The position numbers were made by a program, and so were the translations under genes. Below are positions 29,580-38,838 of a stretch of DNA of 64,000 bases, one piece after another. Source of the stretch: Candidatus Buchananbacteria bacterium (GTDB lineage: Bacteria; Patescibacteriota; Patescibacteriia; 2-01-FULL-39-33). The DNA lies in assembly GCA_030650095.1 (NCBI GenBank), contig JAUSEE010000036.1, positions 6,490 to 70,489 on the forward strand, in the 5' to 3' direction. The notes beneath the pieces are model-generated. The model was not told the origin of the DNA, did not search any database, and was given only the letters and a program-made list of their open reading frames with translations. The number at the start of each line of letters is the position of its first letter. The first letter of the stretch is position 1.

Positions 29580-29693
29580 CTTTTTTCCTTTTCTATTGTC
29601 AACGTTCGACTAACCTATAATAATAGCATACTTTAGCTATTTTGTCAATCTATTTACCCACTTATCAACATAATTTTACCTAAAATAAGACAA

Positions 29694-29723
29694 AAAAGAG
29701 TTGGCATTTAAGCCAACTCTTTT
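29694..29723 (-). terminator. Intrinsic terminator after ppdK
   Basis: aaaagagttggc-atttaa-gccaactctttt. Confidence 0.75.
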
Positions 29724-29741
29724 AACATATCCAATATATAG

Positions 29742-32402
29742 CTATTTTTTCTTTCTGTCTTTAATCACCGCTTGAGCAGCTGCTAATTTAGCAATTGGCA
29801 CTCTAAATGGCGAGCAAGACACATAGTTAAAATCCTGCCTATGGCAAAATTCCACACTGCTTGGTTCGCCGCCATGTTCACCGCAAATGCCAATCTTCAA
29901 ATCGCTTCTGACGCTTCGGCCCTTTTCTACCGCAATCTTAATCAGTTCGCCCACGCCTTCCTGATCCAAAACTTCAAAAGGATCTTGTTCGTAAATGCCT
30001 TTGGCCACATACTCTTTCAAGAATTTGCCGGCATCATCACGGCTGAAACCGCAACCCATCTGGGTAAGATCGTTGGTGCCGAAAGAAAAGAATTCGGCTT
30101 CCTGCGCAATCTTGTCGGCGGTCACAGCCGCTCTGGGGACTTCAATCATGGTACCAACTTTATAATTCATCTCCAGGCCAGCGCTTTTTATAATAGCGTC
30201 GGCAACTTCAACTGTTCTTTTCTTCAAGAGAGAAAATTCTTTGCTGTTGCCCACCAGTGGAATCATTATTTCCGGAATGACCTGATTAGACCGGCCGCAG
30301 GTCGGACACTCTCTAGAAACTTCCAAAGCCGCTTCAATAATAGCTTGGACTTGCATATCATAAATTTCCGGATAAGTTATAGCCAAACGGCAACCGCGAT
30401 GGCCCAGCATGGGATTGAATTCATGCAAATCAGAAATCTTGGCTTTCAAAGTGCCGGCATCAACTTCCATTTCCCTGGCCAACTCGTAAATATCTTTTTC
30501 GGTTGTCGGCAAAAATTCGTGAAGTGGCGGATCCAGCAATCTAACAGTGACCGGATAGCCTTCCATGGCCTGGAACAAACCGATGAAATCCTGCTTTTGA
30601 TAAGGCAATAATTTAGCCAAGGCTTTCTTTCGTCCTTCTTCATCAGCTGCTAAAATCATTTCTCTCACCGCTTTAATCCTATCGCCTTCAAAAAACATGT
30701 GTTCGGTTCGGCATAAGCCGATGCCTTCCGCGCCGAATTTTCTGGCGACTTTGGCATCATGAGGAGTATCGGCATTGGTTCTGATTTTTAACCGCCTAAC
30801 TTCATCCGACCAAGCCATGATAATTCCAAAATCACCGCTTAACTCCGGATCCTGAGTATTTAATTTTCCTAAATAAACCTGGCCGTCACCGCCATCTAAA
30901 GTTATAAAATCACCTTCTTTAACCACTACGCCAGTGGCTTTGATTATAAAATTCCTGGCCTTTTCATCAATTTGTATATCGGCGCAACCGGCCACGCAAC
31001 AAGTGCCCATGCCTCTGGCGACAACAGCAGCGTGTGAAGTCATACCGCCTCTGGCGGTTAAGATGCCTTTGGCGCTGTGCATGCCGTCGATATCTTCGGG
31101 AGAAGTTTCAATTCTAACCAAAACAACATCCAAGCCCTGCCCCGCTTTCTCATATGCTTCGGCCGCAGTAAAGACGACTTGTCCGACAGCCGCTCCCGGT
31201 GAAGCCGGCAAACCGCTGGCAATTGGCTCGGCGGCGGCTTTGGCTAAAGGATCAAGTTGCTTGTGCAGCAGTTGATCCAATTGTTCCGGCTGAACTTTCA
31301 TCAAAGCTTCTTCTTTGCTTAAAACTCCTTCGCTGACAAGTTCTACCGCAATCCTCACAGCCGCGGCAGCGGTTCTTTTGCCGTTTCTGGCTTGCAAGAT
31401 GAAAAGCTTGCCTTCTTGAATGGTAAATTCCATATCCTGCATATCGCGGTAATGCTTTTCCACTTGATCGCAAGTGGCAACCAGCTCGTCATAAATAGCC
31501 TTGTTCTGATCTTCTAAAGCCGAAACTGGCTTGGGCGTTCTAATGCCGGCGACCACGTCTTCGCCCTGGGCATTCATTAAATATTCGCCGTAGAATTTAT
31601 TTTCACCGGTGCTGGGGTTTCTGGTAAAGCAAACACCGGTGCCGGAGTTCTCGCTTAAGTTGCCGAAAACCATAGCTTGGATATTAACCGCTGTGCCGAT
31701 TAATCCTCTGATGTTGTTTATTTCTCGATATCTGATAGCCCGATAATTATTCCAAGAATTAAAAACAGCATCAATGGATAATTGCAATTGCTCCCTGGGG
31801 TCCTGCGGAAAATCACGGCCTTTTAATTCAACTATTTTAGCTCGGTATCTTTTAACTATTTCTTCCAAGTGGCCGGCGGTCAAATCGGTATCATATTCGG
31901 CGCCCACCGTATCTTTGACATTTTCTAAAATCTCTTCAAATTCGCTGCTATCCACTTCCATCACCACATCGCCGAACATCTGGATAAATCGTCTGTAAGA
32001 ATCCCAGGCAAATCTGGGATTGTTTGATTTCTGAGCCAAACCTTCCACTGATTGATCATTAAGCCCTAAGTTTAAAATAGTATCCATCATGCCGGGCATG
32101 GAAGCGGCTGCTCCCGATCTGACAGAAACTAAAAGTGGGTCATTGGCATCGCCTAATTTCTTACCCATTTTATTTTCCAGTTCCTGCAATTTTTGGCTGA
32201 TCTGATCCCTTACCTCCTGTGGATAATTCTTGTTATTTTTGTGATAAGTATCACAAACCTCCGTGGTAACAGTAAACCCCGGCGGAACTTTGATGCCCAA
32301 ACCGCTCATTTCGGCCAAGTTGGCGCCCTTGCCTCCTAAGATTTCTTTTAAATCCCTGTTTCCTTCTTCAAAGGAATAAACATACTTTTTCGCATCTGGC
32401 AT
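29742..32402 (-). CDS. ppdK: Pyruvate, phosphate dikinase
   Basis: LGGKGANLAEM, LLVSVRSGA, PGMMDTILN, GGMTSHAAVVARG, GIGLCRTEHM, FSFGTNDLTQM, ICGEHGG. Confidence 0.98.
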   Translation of the reverse strand: MPDAKKYVYSFEEGNRDLKEILGGKGANLAEMSGLGIKVPPGFTVTTEVCDTYHKNNKNYPQEVRDQISQKLQELENKMGKKLGDANDPLLVSVRSGAAASMPGMMDTILNLGLNDQSVEGLAQKSNNPRFAWDSYRRFIQMFGDVVMEVDSSEFEEILENVKDTVGAEYDTDLTAGHLEEIVKRYRAKIVELKGRDFPQDPREQLQLSIDAVFNSWNNYRAIRYREINNIRGLIGTAVNIQAMVFGNLSENSGTGVCFTRNPSTGENKFYGEYLMNAQGEDVVAGIRTPKPVSALEDQNKAIYDELVATCDQVEKHYRDMQDMEFTIQEGKLFILQARNGKRTAAAAVRIAVELVSEGVLSKEEALMKVQPEQLDQLLHKQLDPLAKAAAEPIASGLPASPGAAVGQVVFTAAEAYEKAGQGLDVVLVRIETSPEDIDGMHSAKGILTARGGMTSHAAVVARGMGTCCVAGCADIQIDEKARNFIIKATGVVVKEGDFITLDGGDGQVYLGKLNTQDPELSGDFGIIMAWSDEVRRLKIRTNADTPHDAKVARKFGAEGIGLCRTEHMFFEGDRIKAVREMILAADEEGRKKALAKLLPYQKQDFIGLFQAMEGYPVTVRLLDPPLHEFLPTTEKDIYELAREMEVDAGTLKAKISDLHEFNPMLGHRGCRLAITYPEIYDMQVQAIIEAALEVSRECPTCGRSNQVIPEIMIPLVGNSKEFSLLKKRTVEVADAIIKSAGLEMNYKVGTMIEVPRAAVTADKIAQEAEFFSFGTNDLTQMGCGFSRDDAGKFLKEYVAKGIYEQDPFEVLDQEGVGELIKIAVEKGRSVRSDLKIGICGEHGGEPSSVEFCHRQDFNYVSCSPFRVPIAKLAAAQAVIKDRKKK

Positions 32403-32508
32403 AGTTTATGTTGATTATTTATTTTATTTTAATAAATTTAATAGTTTTAAAAAGGGAGGGTTGATTCTCCCGAAATCAAATCAAACAACAAATATTAAAA
32501 TGTAATTT

Positions 32509-32937
32509 TTATTGGTCATATCGGCCGTCGTCAGCGATCATAATCGCTTCCTCAGAAAGCAAGTTGACGAATATCAGCAAGTCCAACTCATCCGAAACAG
32601 ACAACCGCTTTGACAAGTATTCGATTACTTCCCGATATTCAAAACGCGATATGGGATTTTCCGCCGTATCGAGTTCTTCTTCCGCCGCATCAAAATCAAT
32701 CCGCGCCTTGAAGCAAATAATGCAGCTTCTAGAAACGCCGACCGGCTCAACCCCCAATATACTTATATACCTGCTCCAAAATTCATTCGGGCTATAAAGC
32801 AAATGGATAGTCAGATACCTAGGACTGGAATTAATTGCTGAAAGATCAAATGGAAAACAATGATAATTCCGATTCGTGCACATGAGTCCATGCCTCGACT
32901 TCTTCAATTTTATCCACGACGCCTTTATCAGTTTCAT
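32509..32937 (-). CDS. Hypothetical protein
   Basis: AAGGAG SD before MKLIKAS. Confidence 0.65.
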   Translation of the reverse strand: MKLIKASWIKLKKSRHGLMCTNRNYHCFPFDLSAINSSPRYLTIHLLYSPNEFWSRYISILGVEPVGVSRSCIICFKARIDFDAAEEELDTAENPISRFEYREVIEYLSKRLSVSDELDLLIFVNLLSEEAIMIADDGRYDQ

Positions 32938-33050
32938 GAACCTGCTCCTTTTCTTTTCTTCTTTATTGTTTGTTTTGATTGTAATGTGCAATAAAAAAAG
33001 ACAGGCCAAACCTTGGTCTATCACCTTCCCAATTGAAGCGGCTCCTGTTA

Positions 33051-34007
33051 TCAGCCAATTTGCCTTTTGGAAAGCAAACCGTTTTGAGCTCCAATTTTTC
33101 CGACCACCGAAGCGGAATTATTTACCCCCCACTTCAAGGCTGTCTTAATATTATTACCATAAATCAAAGCGGCTGTAAAGGCTGAAGAAAAAGCATCGCC
33201 CACGCCCACCGTGTCTGCGCTTTTAACCTTTAAAGCCTTCATAAAATAATACTTTTTGCCGTCATAAGCATAAGCGCCAACCGAGCCATCGGTAATCACG
33301 ATTATTTCCGGTCCCAGGCTGTGGATATATTTCATTAGTCCTCTGATGTCTTTTAATTTTTTGAATTCCCAAGCCTCATCTTTGTTTAAAAACAGAACTT
33401 TCACTTTAGGCAGATACTTTTGCATTCGAACTATCCTCTTGAGTTGGGCGCTACCTGGGTTCCAAGCCACTTTGGCCTTGGTTGTTAAAACCGCTTCAAT
33501 AATCCCCTCCCAGCCTATCTTGGGCAGAGAGGAAACATAAAACCAATCGCTTTTTATTTTAGATAAGGATAAATCTTTGGCCGACAAGGTGTCGCTGGCT
33601 CCGCGGTAAGCAAAAACTATATGTTCATTTTCCACCCCTCTGACTGTTAAAATCATGGAGAAGGCGGTGGCATTATGCTTGTCCGATTTTATTAAGCCGG
33701 TATCAACGCCTTGGCGCTTTAAATTATCAATTACTCTTTTGCCCTCCTCATCCAAACCGACTTTGGATATTACAGCCGTCTTCAAGCCCAAGTGGGCAAA
33801 GGCCACAGCAGTGTTGGCTGATCCCCCGCCATAAGTCCGATAGACTTTGTCGGCTATTATTTTGGAACCGTATTCAAAAGCCAAGAGTTTTTGTTTGGTT
33901 AGATTGCTGGTGGAAATAAGTTCTCCTTCCCTGGAATAAAACATAAAATCAGTGGTAGCGCCACCAACGGAGATCACGTCGAATTTTTTGTTTTTGGTTA
34001 TTATCAT
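33051..34007 (-). CDS. PfkB-family carbohydrate kinase
   Basis: GGGSANTAVAFAHLG, LNKDEA, ITDGSVGA, DTVGVGDAF. Confidence 0.92.
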   Translation of the reverse strand: MIITKNKKFDVISVGGATTDFMFYSREGELISTSNLTKQKLLAFEYGSKIIADKVYRTYGGGSANTAVAFAHLGLKTAVISKVGLDEEGKRVIDNLKRQGVDTGLIKSDKHNATAFSMILTVRGVENEHIVFAYRGASDTLSAKDLSLSKIKSDWFYVSSLPKIGWEGIIEAVLTTKAKVAWNPGSAQLKRIVRMQKYLPKVKVLFLNKDEAWEFKKLKDIRGLMKYIHSLGPEIIVITDGSVGAYAYDGKKYYFMKALKVKSADTVGVGDAFSSAFTAALIYGNNIKTALKWGVNNSASVVGKIGAQNGLLSKRQIG

Positions 34008-34097
34008 GCTTAAATTATAGCAAATAAATATTATATTTGACAATTGACTTTTAAAAACTGTAAGATTGATAACAGCACTTTAAAAGGAGACCAAACC

Positions 34098-34772
34098 ATG
34101 AGATTTCTAACTCTTATTTTTGGCACCGTCGGTTCTGGTAAGACCGCTGAACTGCTCAAGATTATAAGTAAAATCCAAGAACACAACAGCCGCTCTCATG
34201 CCAATGGTAAATTAAAATTTAAAGTCTTCAAGCCGGAAATGGAAACCAGAAGCGAATCAGAGATAATTGCTTCCAGAAACGGCCAAACTTTCAAAGAGGC
34301 CACTCCTGTCAAAACCGTAAGGGATTTATCCCGGCAGTTAGTTGAAAATCCGGATATTGTTATTATAGATGAATGCCAATTTTTTGAAACCGGCCCAGGC
34401 AACAGCCCTCGCGCTTTTACTGCTTTGGTAAGTGAATTACTGGTGACTGACAAAAAAGTTATTATATGCGGTTTGATTCAAAATTGCTATGGTGGAAAAT
34501 TTGAGATCTTAAGCTCTCTCTGCCCTTTGGCCGATGAGATTATCAACCCCCACACTACCTGCGCTTGCGGACAAGTTGCTTCCCGCAGCCAAAGATTGCA
34601 AATCGGCTACCCCACGCCCTTGTCTGATCCGATCTTTGTGGTTGATAATTCAGCCAACCATGATTTGGGTTACAGTTATGAGCCCAGATGCAATGATTGT
34701 TTTGAATTGCCAGAACAAGCCCATCCTAATTTACTACTCTTTAGAAAAGCCATTGGCCAAATTAAGGAGTGA
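34098..34772 (+). CDS. tdk: Thymidine kinase (type II)
   Basis: GTVGSGKTAELL, IASRNG, IIDECQFF, CACG...YEPRCNDC zinc ligands. AAGGAG SD. Confidence 0.9.
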   Translation: MRFLTLIFGTVGSGKTAELLKIISKIQEHNSRSHANGKLKFKVFKPEMETRSESEIIASRNGQTFKEATPVKTVRDLSRQLVENPDIVIIDECQFFETGPGNSPRAFTALVSELLVTDKKVIICGLIQNCYGGKFEILSSLCPLADEIINPHTTCACGQVASRSQRLQIGYPTPLSDPIFVVDNSANHDLGYSYEPRCNDCFELPEQAHPNLLLFRKAIGQIKE

Positions 34773-34819
34773 GCACAAAAACAAAACCGCCTACCATAAT
34801 AGGCGGTTATTTTATTTCA

Positions 34820-34901
34820 CTGTCTTCATTTGTCATTGCGAACGAAGTGAAGCAATCTCATGTTTATATCAACTGGGATTGCTTCGTACCTCGCAATGAC
34901 A
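34820..34901. repeat. REP-like palindromic element, near-identical inverted copy of 51552-51633
   Basis: tgtcattgcgaacgaagtgaagcaatctc...gggattgcttcgtacctcgcaatgaca. One mismatch to the other copy by eye. Confidence 0.85.
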
Positions 34902-34923
34902 TAAAAGACAATGGTGTAGTAGT

Positions 34924-36129
34924 TTATTTCATATTTAAAGCTCCGGGGCGCAAAACAGTTATCCGGCCTGATACCACTTTAATCAAAGCTGATAGCTGGC
35001 TTACTACTTTCCCCTGGTCAATATAAAAATCAACATTATTGCTAAAATATCTTTTGGCTTGCTTGATGGTTAGGGCTGGCTCCTGGCCTTCAGGATTAGC
35101 GCTGGGCGCTACCAAGGGACCGGTTTTTTTAAGCAGCGCCATAAGCCAACTATTATTGGGCCATCTGAAAGCCAGCGAATCGGTGCCCCGATGAAGATAG
35201 GATAATTTTTTGTCGCAATTTAAAATAATGCTCACCGGCCCCGGCCAGTATTTTTTTATGATTTTTTCGGTCGGCTGATCGATTTTTACGCCGAATTTTT
35301 TTAAGTCAGCCAAAGAACTGATTAAAATTATAAAAGGCTTATCCGGATTTCTCTTTCTAATCTTATAAATCCTTCCTACCGCCTTTTTATCCCAAGCTCG
35401 CCCGACTAAGCCGTAAATGGTATCGGTGGGAATAATGCCAACACCGCCTTTTTTTAGAATATCAATTCTTTGAGCCAAATATTTTTTAGCCAAGGCTTCC
35501 AAACTTATAGCTTGGTTAATCTTAAAATTTCCAACTCTGGTTCTTTTTAAACTGGACATATAAGCACCCGTTGATAAGCTTGTACCTATATCCCTAGCCA
35601 ATGATCTGATGTAAACTCCCGGGCCGGTAACAACTTTTATTTTAAGATCGGGCCATTTGTATTTTAAAATTTTAAGGCTCTTAATTTCCACCGGCCGAGA
35701 TTTTAATTCCACCGGCCGGCCGGACCGGGCTAATTTGTAAGCCCGCTCCCCGCCAAGCCTAATGGCGCTGTAAGCCGGCGGAACCTGGCTAATTGTACCG
35801 ATAAAATTTTTAACAACACTATTAATCTCCTTAAGAGTTATAGGCCGTACATTAGGCGTTTTATTCTTTCGGCCTTCGCTGTCATCAGTGCTGCTGGATA
35901 AGCCCAGTTTGATGCCCGCAATATATTCTTTTTCTTTTTCAACTATTTGGCTTAATTTTTTAGTGGCTTCCCGGCCCAAACCGACCACTAAAACGCCCTC
36001 GGCCAAAGGATCCAAAGTGCCGGCATGGCCCACACTCGGCTCGCCGGTGGATTTTTTTATTTTATTTATAATACCAAAAGAACTTATTCTTTTAGGCTTA
36101 CTGATGGTAAAAATATTGACTGCTTTCAT
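34924..36129 (-). CDS. truB: TruB (tRNA pseudouridine-55 synthase) fused to TsaC/YrdC (threonylcarbamoyl-AMP synthase)
   Basis: N-half: VGHAGTLDPLAEG, KEY, QVPPAYSA, GVYIRSLARDIG, LKRTRVG. C-half: PTDTIYGL, KRNPDKP, YWPGPVS, LVAPSANPEG. Confidence 0.92.
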   Translation of the reverse strand: MKAVNIFTISKPKRISSFGIINKIKKSTGEPSVGHAGTLDPLAEGVLVVGLGREATKKLSQIVEKEKEYIAGIKLGLSSSTDDSEGRKNKTPNVRPITLKEINSVVKNFIGTISQVPPAYSAIRLGGERAYKLARSGRPVELKSRPVEIKSLKILKYKWPDLKIKVVTGPGVYIRSLARDIGTSLSTGAYMSSLKRTRVGNFKINQAISLEALAKKYLAQRIDILKKGGVGIIPTDTIYGLVGRAWDKKAVGRIYKIRKRNPDKPFIILISSLADLKKFGVKIDQPTEKIIKKYWPGPVSIILNCDKKLSYLHRGTDSLAFRWPNNSWLMALLKKTGPLVAPSANPEGQEPALTIKQAKRYFSNNVDFYIDQGKVVSQLSALIKVVSGRITVLRPGALNMK

Positions 36130-36273
36130 AGGCTAATTATTATTATGTCTGCTAATTGTGTCCTAATCTAATATAATCTTGACTTTAGTGTTTAATTGTG
36201 GTATTCTACTGTCAGTATTTATTTAAAATAAATTAAATTCATCCGACGACATTACTAGGGAGGAGGAACTACA

Positions 36274-36453
36274 GTGGCAGAGCCAAACAACATCATTAGA
36301 ATTGATATTTGCCCCTGCCAATACAAGCCTTCTCGCCAAGAGGAAAAGAAAGAACCTTGTTGCGGCACATGTCCATTTTGCAATGAACATATCAGGTTAA
36401 GATTTTTTGTCCGCCATGTTAAAATATGCCACGATAAAAAATCCCAGAAATGA
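36274..36453 (+). CDS. 59-aa Cys-rich zinc-finger microprotein
   Basis: GTG start after GGAGGAGG. MAEPNNIIRIDICPCQYKPSRQEEKKEPCCGTCPFCNEHIRLRFFVRHVKICHDKKSQK. Promoter TTGACT-17-TATTCT at 36179-36207. Confidence 0.75.
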   Translation: MAEPNNIIRIDICPCQYKPSRQEEKKEPCCGTCPFCNEHIRLRFFVRHVKICHDKKSQK

Positions 36454-36518
36454 TTTAAATTATTTTATAAAATCATAGTAGCACATTGGTTTAATTTAAA
36501 ACAGAAAAGAGGTCTAAG

Positions 36519-36953
36519 ATGAGAGACGACTGCTGTCCCGATTTGGATGTTTGCGATTGCGATTGCCATAGATTTCCAGGTATGATGCATTGCATGCCTT
36601 GTTGCAATACTTGCCCCAAGTGCGGCAAGAATATCAGGGTTTTCTCCTATGATGAGCATGTTAAAAAATGCGAAGCCGTAGCCAATGATTTTAGTCTAGA
36701 ATTATTTAAGAAGTTTGAAAAGGAGTTGGAAATTTGCCATTGCCCTTGCCACTCCGGGCCAAGTGTTAAGCACATTATGCCTTGTTGCCTTAAATGCCCC
36801 CATTGCGGTAAAAATATCAAGACTTTGTATTACAGCGAACACATTGAACAATGCCGGCCGGATGATTGTTTGACTGGACTAAAAGAAGAAGAACTGGAAG
36901 CCAGAGAAAAACAATTAGAAGCCTGGGGAAAAATTATATCAGACGAAAAATAA
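36519..36953 (+). CDS. Cys-rich protein with two tandem CxCxCH...PCCxxCPxC-x11-HxxxC repeats
   Basis: 144 aa, AGAGG SD, internal duplication visible. Confidence 0.85.
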   Translation: MRDDCCPDLDVCDCDCHRFPGMMHCMPCCNTCPKCGKNIRVFSYDEHVKKCEAVANDFSLELFKKFEKELEICHCPCHSGPSVKHIMPCCLKCPHCGKNIKTLYYSEHIEQCRPDDCLTGLKEEELEAREKQLEAWGKIISDEK

Positions 36954-36980
36954 AAAGCTTTGAATAATTCAGAGCTTTTT

Positions 36981-38234
36981 TTAATTTGTTTTAGCCGAGT
37001 TAATTCCGCCGACATAAAATCTTTTTCTTCTTTGGCGCCGGCTAGCCGCATTGCCAAAGCGGTGAGCTTCATCACGCGCCTTGGTTAATACTCCCCTCTG
37101 TGACTCGGCTAATTCCCTTATGGCGCGACTGGCCTTAGCCGGGAACACCATTCTGTCTCCGGCTAATTTGGATAAGCCGATAATGGGGATGTTGATATTT
37201 ATCTTTTTTAAAATATTATTAATGTAATCAATTTGAGGGCGTCCGCCATCAATCAAAATAAGATTGGGGAAGGGCCATTCCACATGCTTGAATCTTCTGA
37301 TAACCATTTCAGCCAAGGCTCTTAAATCATCGCTGGCCGGCGCCTCTTTGATATTAAACAAACGGTATTGATCTTTGGCCAACTGGCCATCTAAGACAAC
37401 CGACATAGCTCCGACAGTTTCTTTGCCGGTAAAGTGCGATATGTCATAACCCTCAACTCTGTTTTTAAAGGCGGTATCATTAAATTCGTCTTTGGTGATT
37501 AAAGTCACGTCCTGAATATTTTTTAAAACGCTGGCCAGCGGCGGATTTTCTTTTTTTAATTTATTCAATAGTCTTTTCTTTTCACCTTTAAAGAGTAAAA
37601 TTATGTTTTTGATATTTTTGCTGTAATCGTTTTTGGCTATCTTGCCCACGCAAGTTCCCGGGCACAAGCCCACCTGATAATCAAAGCAAGGCTGGCCGGA
37701 ATTGGGAGTACAAGTGCTGTAAGGAAAAATTCGCCTGATAAGCCTTAGGGCGTTTTTAAGCAAAGTCGCGTTTTGATAGGGCCCGAAAACATGGGCCGAG
37801 GAAGTGGGAAATTTTTTAAGTTCCCTTTCACGCGCGATAATCGGATAAGCGTAATCCTTTTTGGGAATAACCACAAAAACAAAAGACCGGTGGTCTTTAT
37901 CTTTGACATTATACTTGGGCCAATGTTTTTTAATCAGGTTGGCTTCCAAAATTATGGCTTCCAAAACCGTATCGGTTTTTTGGTGTTTGATGTTCTTGGC
38001 CAAAGAAACCATTTCCGCAATGCGCGGATCAATATCTTGACGGAAATATTGGGCAACGCGCCGGCGCAGGCTGGTAGCACGGCCAATATAAAGAATCTCG
38101 CCCTTTGGGCCGATAAACATGTAAACTCCGGAAGAGAGCGGTAAATTACTTGCCCTATTAAATAAATTTGTCTTCGACAAATTTCCCGCCAAGCGGGTTT
38201 TAATAGGGTGAACTTTTTCTTTTAAGCTTTTCAT
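36981..38234 (-). CDS. uvrC: Excinuclease ABC subunit C (short form)
   Basis: GVY...LYIG GIY-YIG domain, CFDYQVGLCPGTC, EGYDISH, LILIDGG, RDEAHRF. No C-terminal HhH. Confidence 0.9.
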   Translation of the reverse strand: MKSLKEKVHPIKTRLAGNLSKTNLFNRASNLPLSSGVYMFIGPKGEILYIGRATSLRRRVAQYFRQDIDPRIAEMVSLAKNIKHQKTDTVLEAIILEANLIKKHWPKYNVKDKDHRSFVFVVIPKKDYAYPIIARERELKKFPTSSAHVFGPYQNATLLKNALRLIRRIFPYSTCTPNSGQPCFDYQVGLCPGTCVGKIAKNDYSKNIKNIILLFKGEKKRLLNKLKKENPPLASVLKNIQDVTLITKDEFNDTAFKNRVEGYDISHFTGKETVGAMSVVLDGQLAKDQYRLFNIKEAPASDDLRALAEMVIRRFKHVEWPFPNLILIDGGRPQIDYINNILKKININIPIIGLSKLAGDRMVFPAKASRAIRELAESQRGVLTKARDEAHRFGNAASRRQRRKRFYVGGINSAKTN

Positions 38235-38249
38235 TAGTTCTTCTTACTA

Positions 38250-38278
38250 TTGACAAAAGATGTTAAATGTGATATAAT
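38250..38278 (+). promoter_or_regulatory. Consensus sigma70 promoter
   Basis: TTGACA-17nt-TATAAT with TG ahead of the -10. Confidence 0.8.
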
Positions 38279-38320
38279 TAAAAGTTGAGTGAAGCACCTT
38301 GTGGTAATTTAACTTAAAAA

Positions 38321-38536
38321 ATGGAGGGAAGAAAAATGTTTCTCTGGGTTATTTTGACCGAACTGCACAGTGGCCTTGTCAGCGAAATGAAAGCGGCTGT
38401 GGACATTATGCAAGAGACCTATCAGGCCCATGGCCGCGGTCTGGCGCCTCGTCCCCTCCGCGGGCTGGTCTTTGCCACCGACTCCCCCATCCCAGAAGAC
38501 TATCACCAGCTTCTGGGAATCCTGCCCTTTAACTAG
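38321..38536 (+). CDS. Small hypothetical protein (start may be 38336)
   Basis: 71 aa, downstream of the consensus promoter. GGAGG precedes the second ATG. Confidence 0.55.
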   Translation: MEGRKMFLWVILTELHSGLVSEMKAAVDIMQETYQAHGRGLAPRPLRGLVFATDSPIPEDYHQLLGILPFN

Positions 38537-38633
38537 GCAGACAAAGTATTTTTTGGCTCTTGTGGATAATACCACAGGAGCCTCTTTTATTTATTGCAAA
38601 ATTGTTATACTCTAAGGAGATGGAGGACTAATC

Positions 38634-38825
38634 ATGAATATAGCGCACGACTTGTTTTGGTGCCTGGGTTTGGCCCTGATTATAATGGGCATCACCTATA
38701 CCGTCAGATTGTACCGGGAAAGTTTTGAGAATAATTTGTTTAGAATTCCCTGGGATGCAATCGTAGTTTTGACTATAGGAATTATTATGTACATTATCAG
38801 TTTCTTTATCCCTATTATACATTAA
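38634..38825 (+). CDS. Small 2-TM hypothetical protein
   Basis: 63 aa, GGAGG SD. Confidence 0.7.
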   Translation: MNIAHDLFWCLGLALIIMGITYTVRLYRESFENNLFRIPWDAIVVLTIGIIMYIISFFIPIIH

Positions 38826-38838
38826 AATAGGGATTTTT

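Noticed and set aside
29841-30611. 256-aa plus-strand ORF and similar long antisense ORFs (e.g. 14338-14874, 44757-45521, 45917-46471, 48380-48922)
   Set aside because: They overlap well-supported opposite-strand genes and have no motifs or SD.
34769-35026. 85-aa ORF overlapping the tdk stop
   Set aside because: Runs through the terminator, a REP (VIANEVKQS) and antisense truB-tsaC, so probably spurious.
38183-38200. cccgccaagcggg mini-palindrome in the uvrC 5' extension as another in-frame repeat
   Set aside because: Too short and single-copy here to distinguish from chance.
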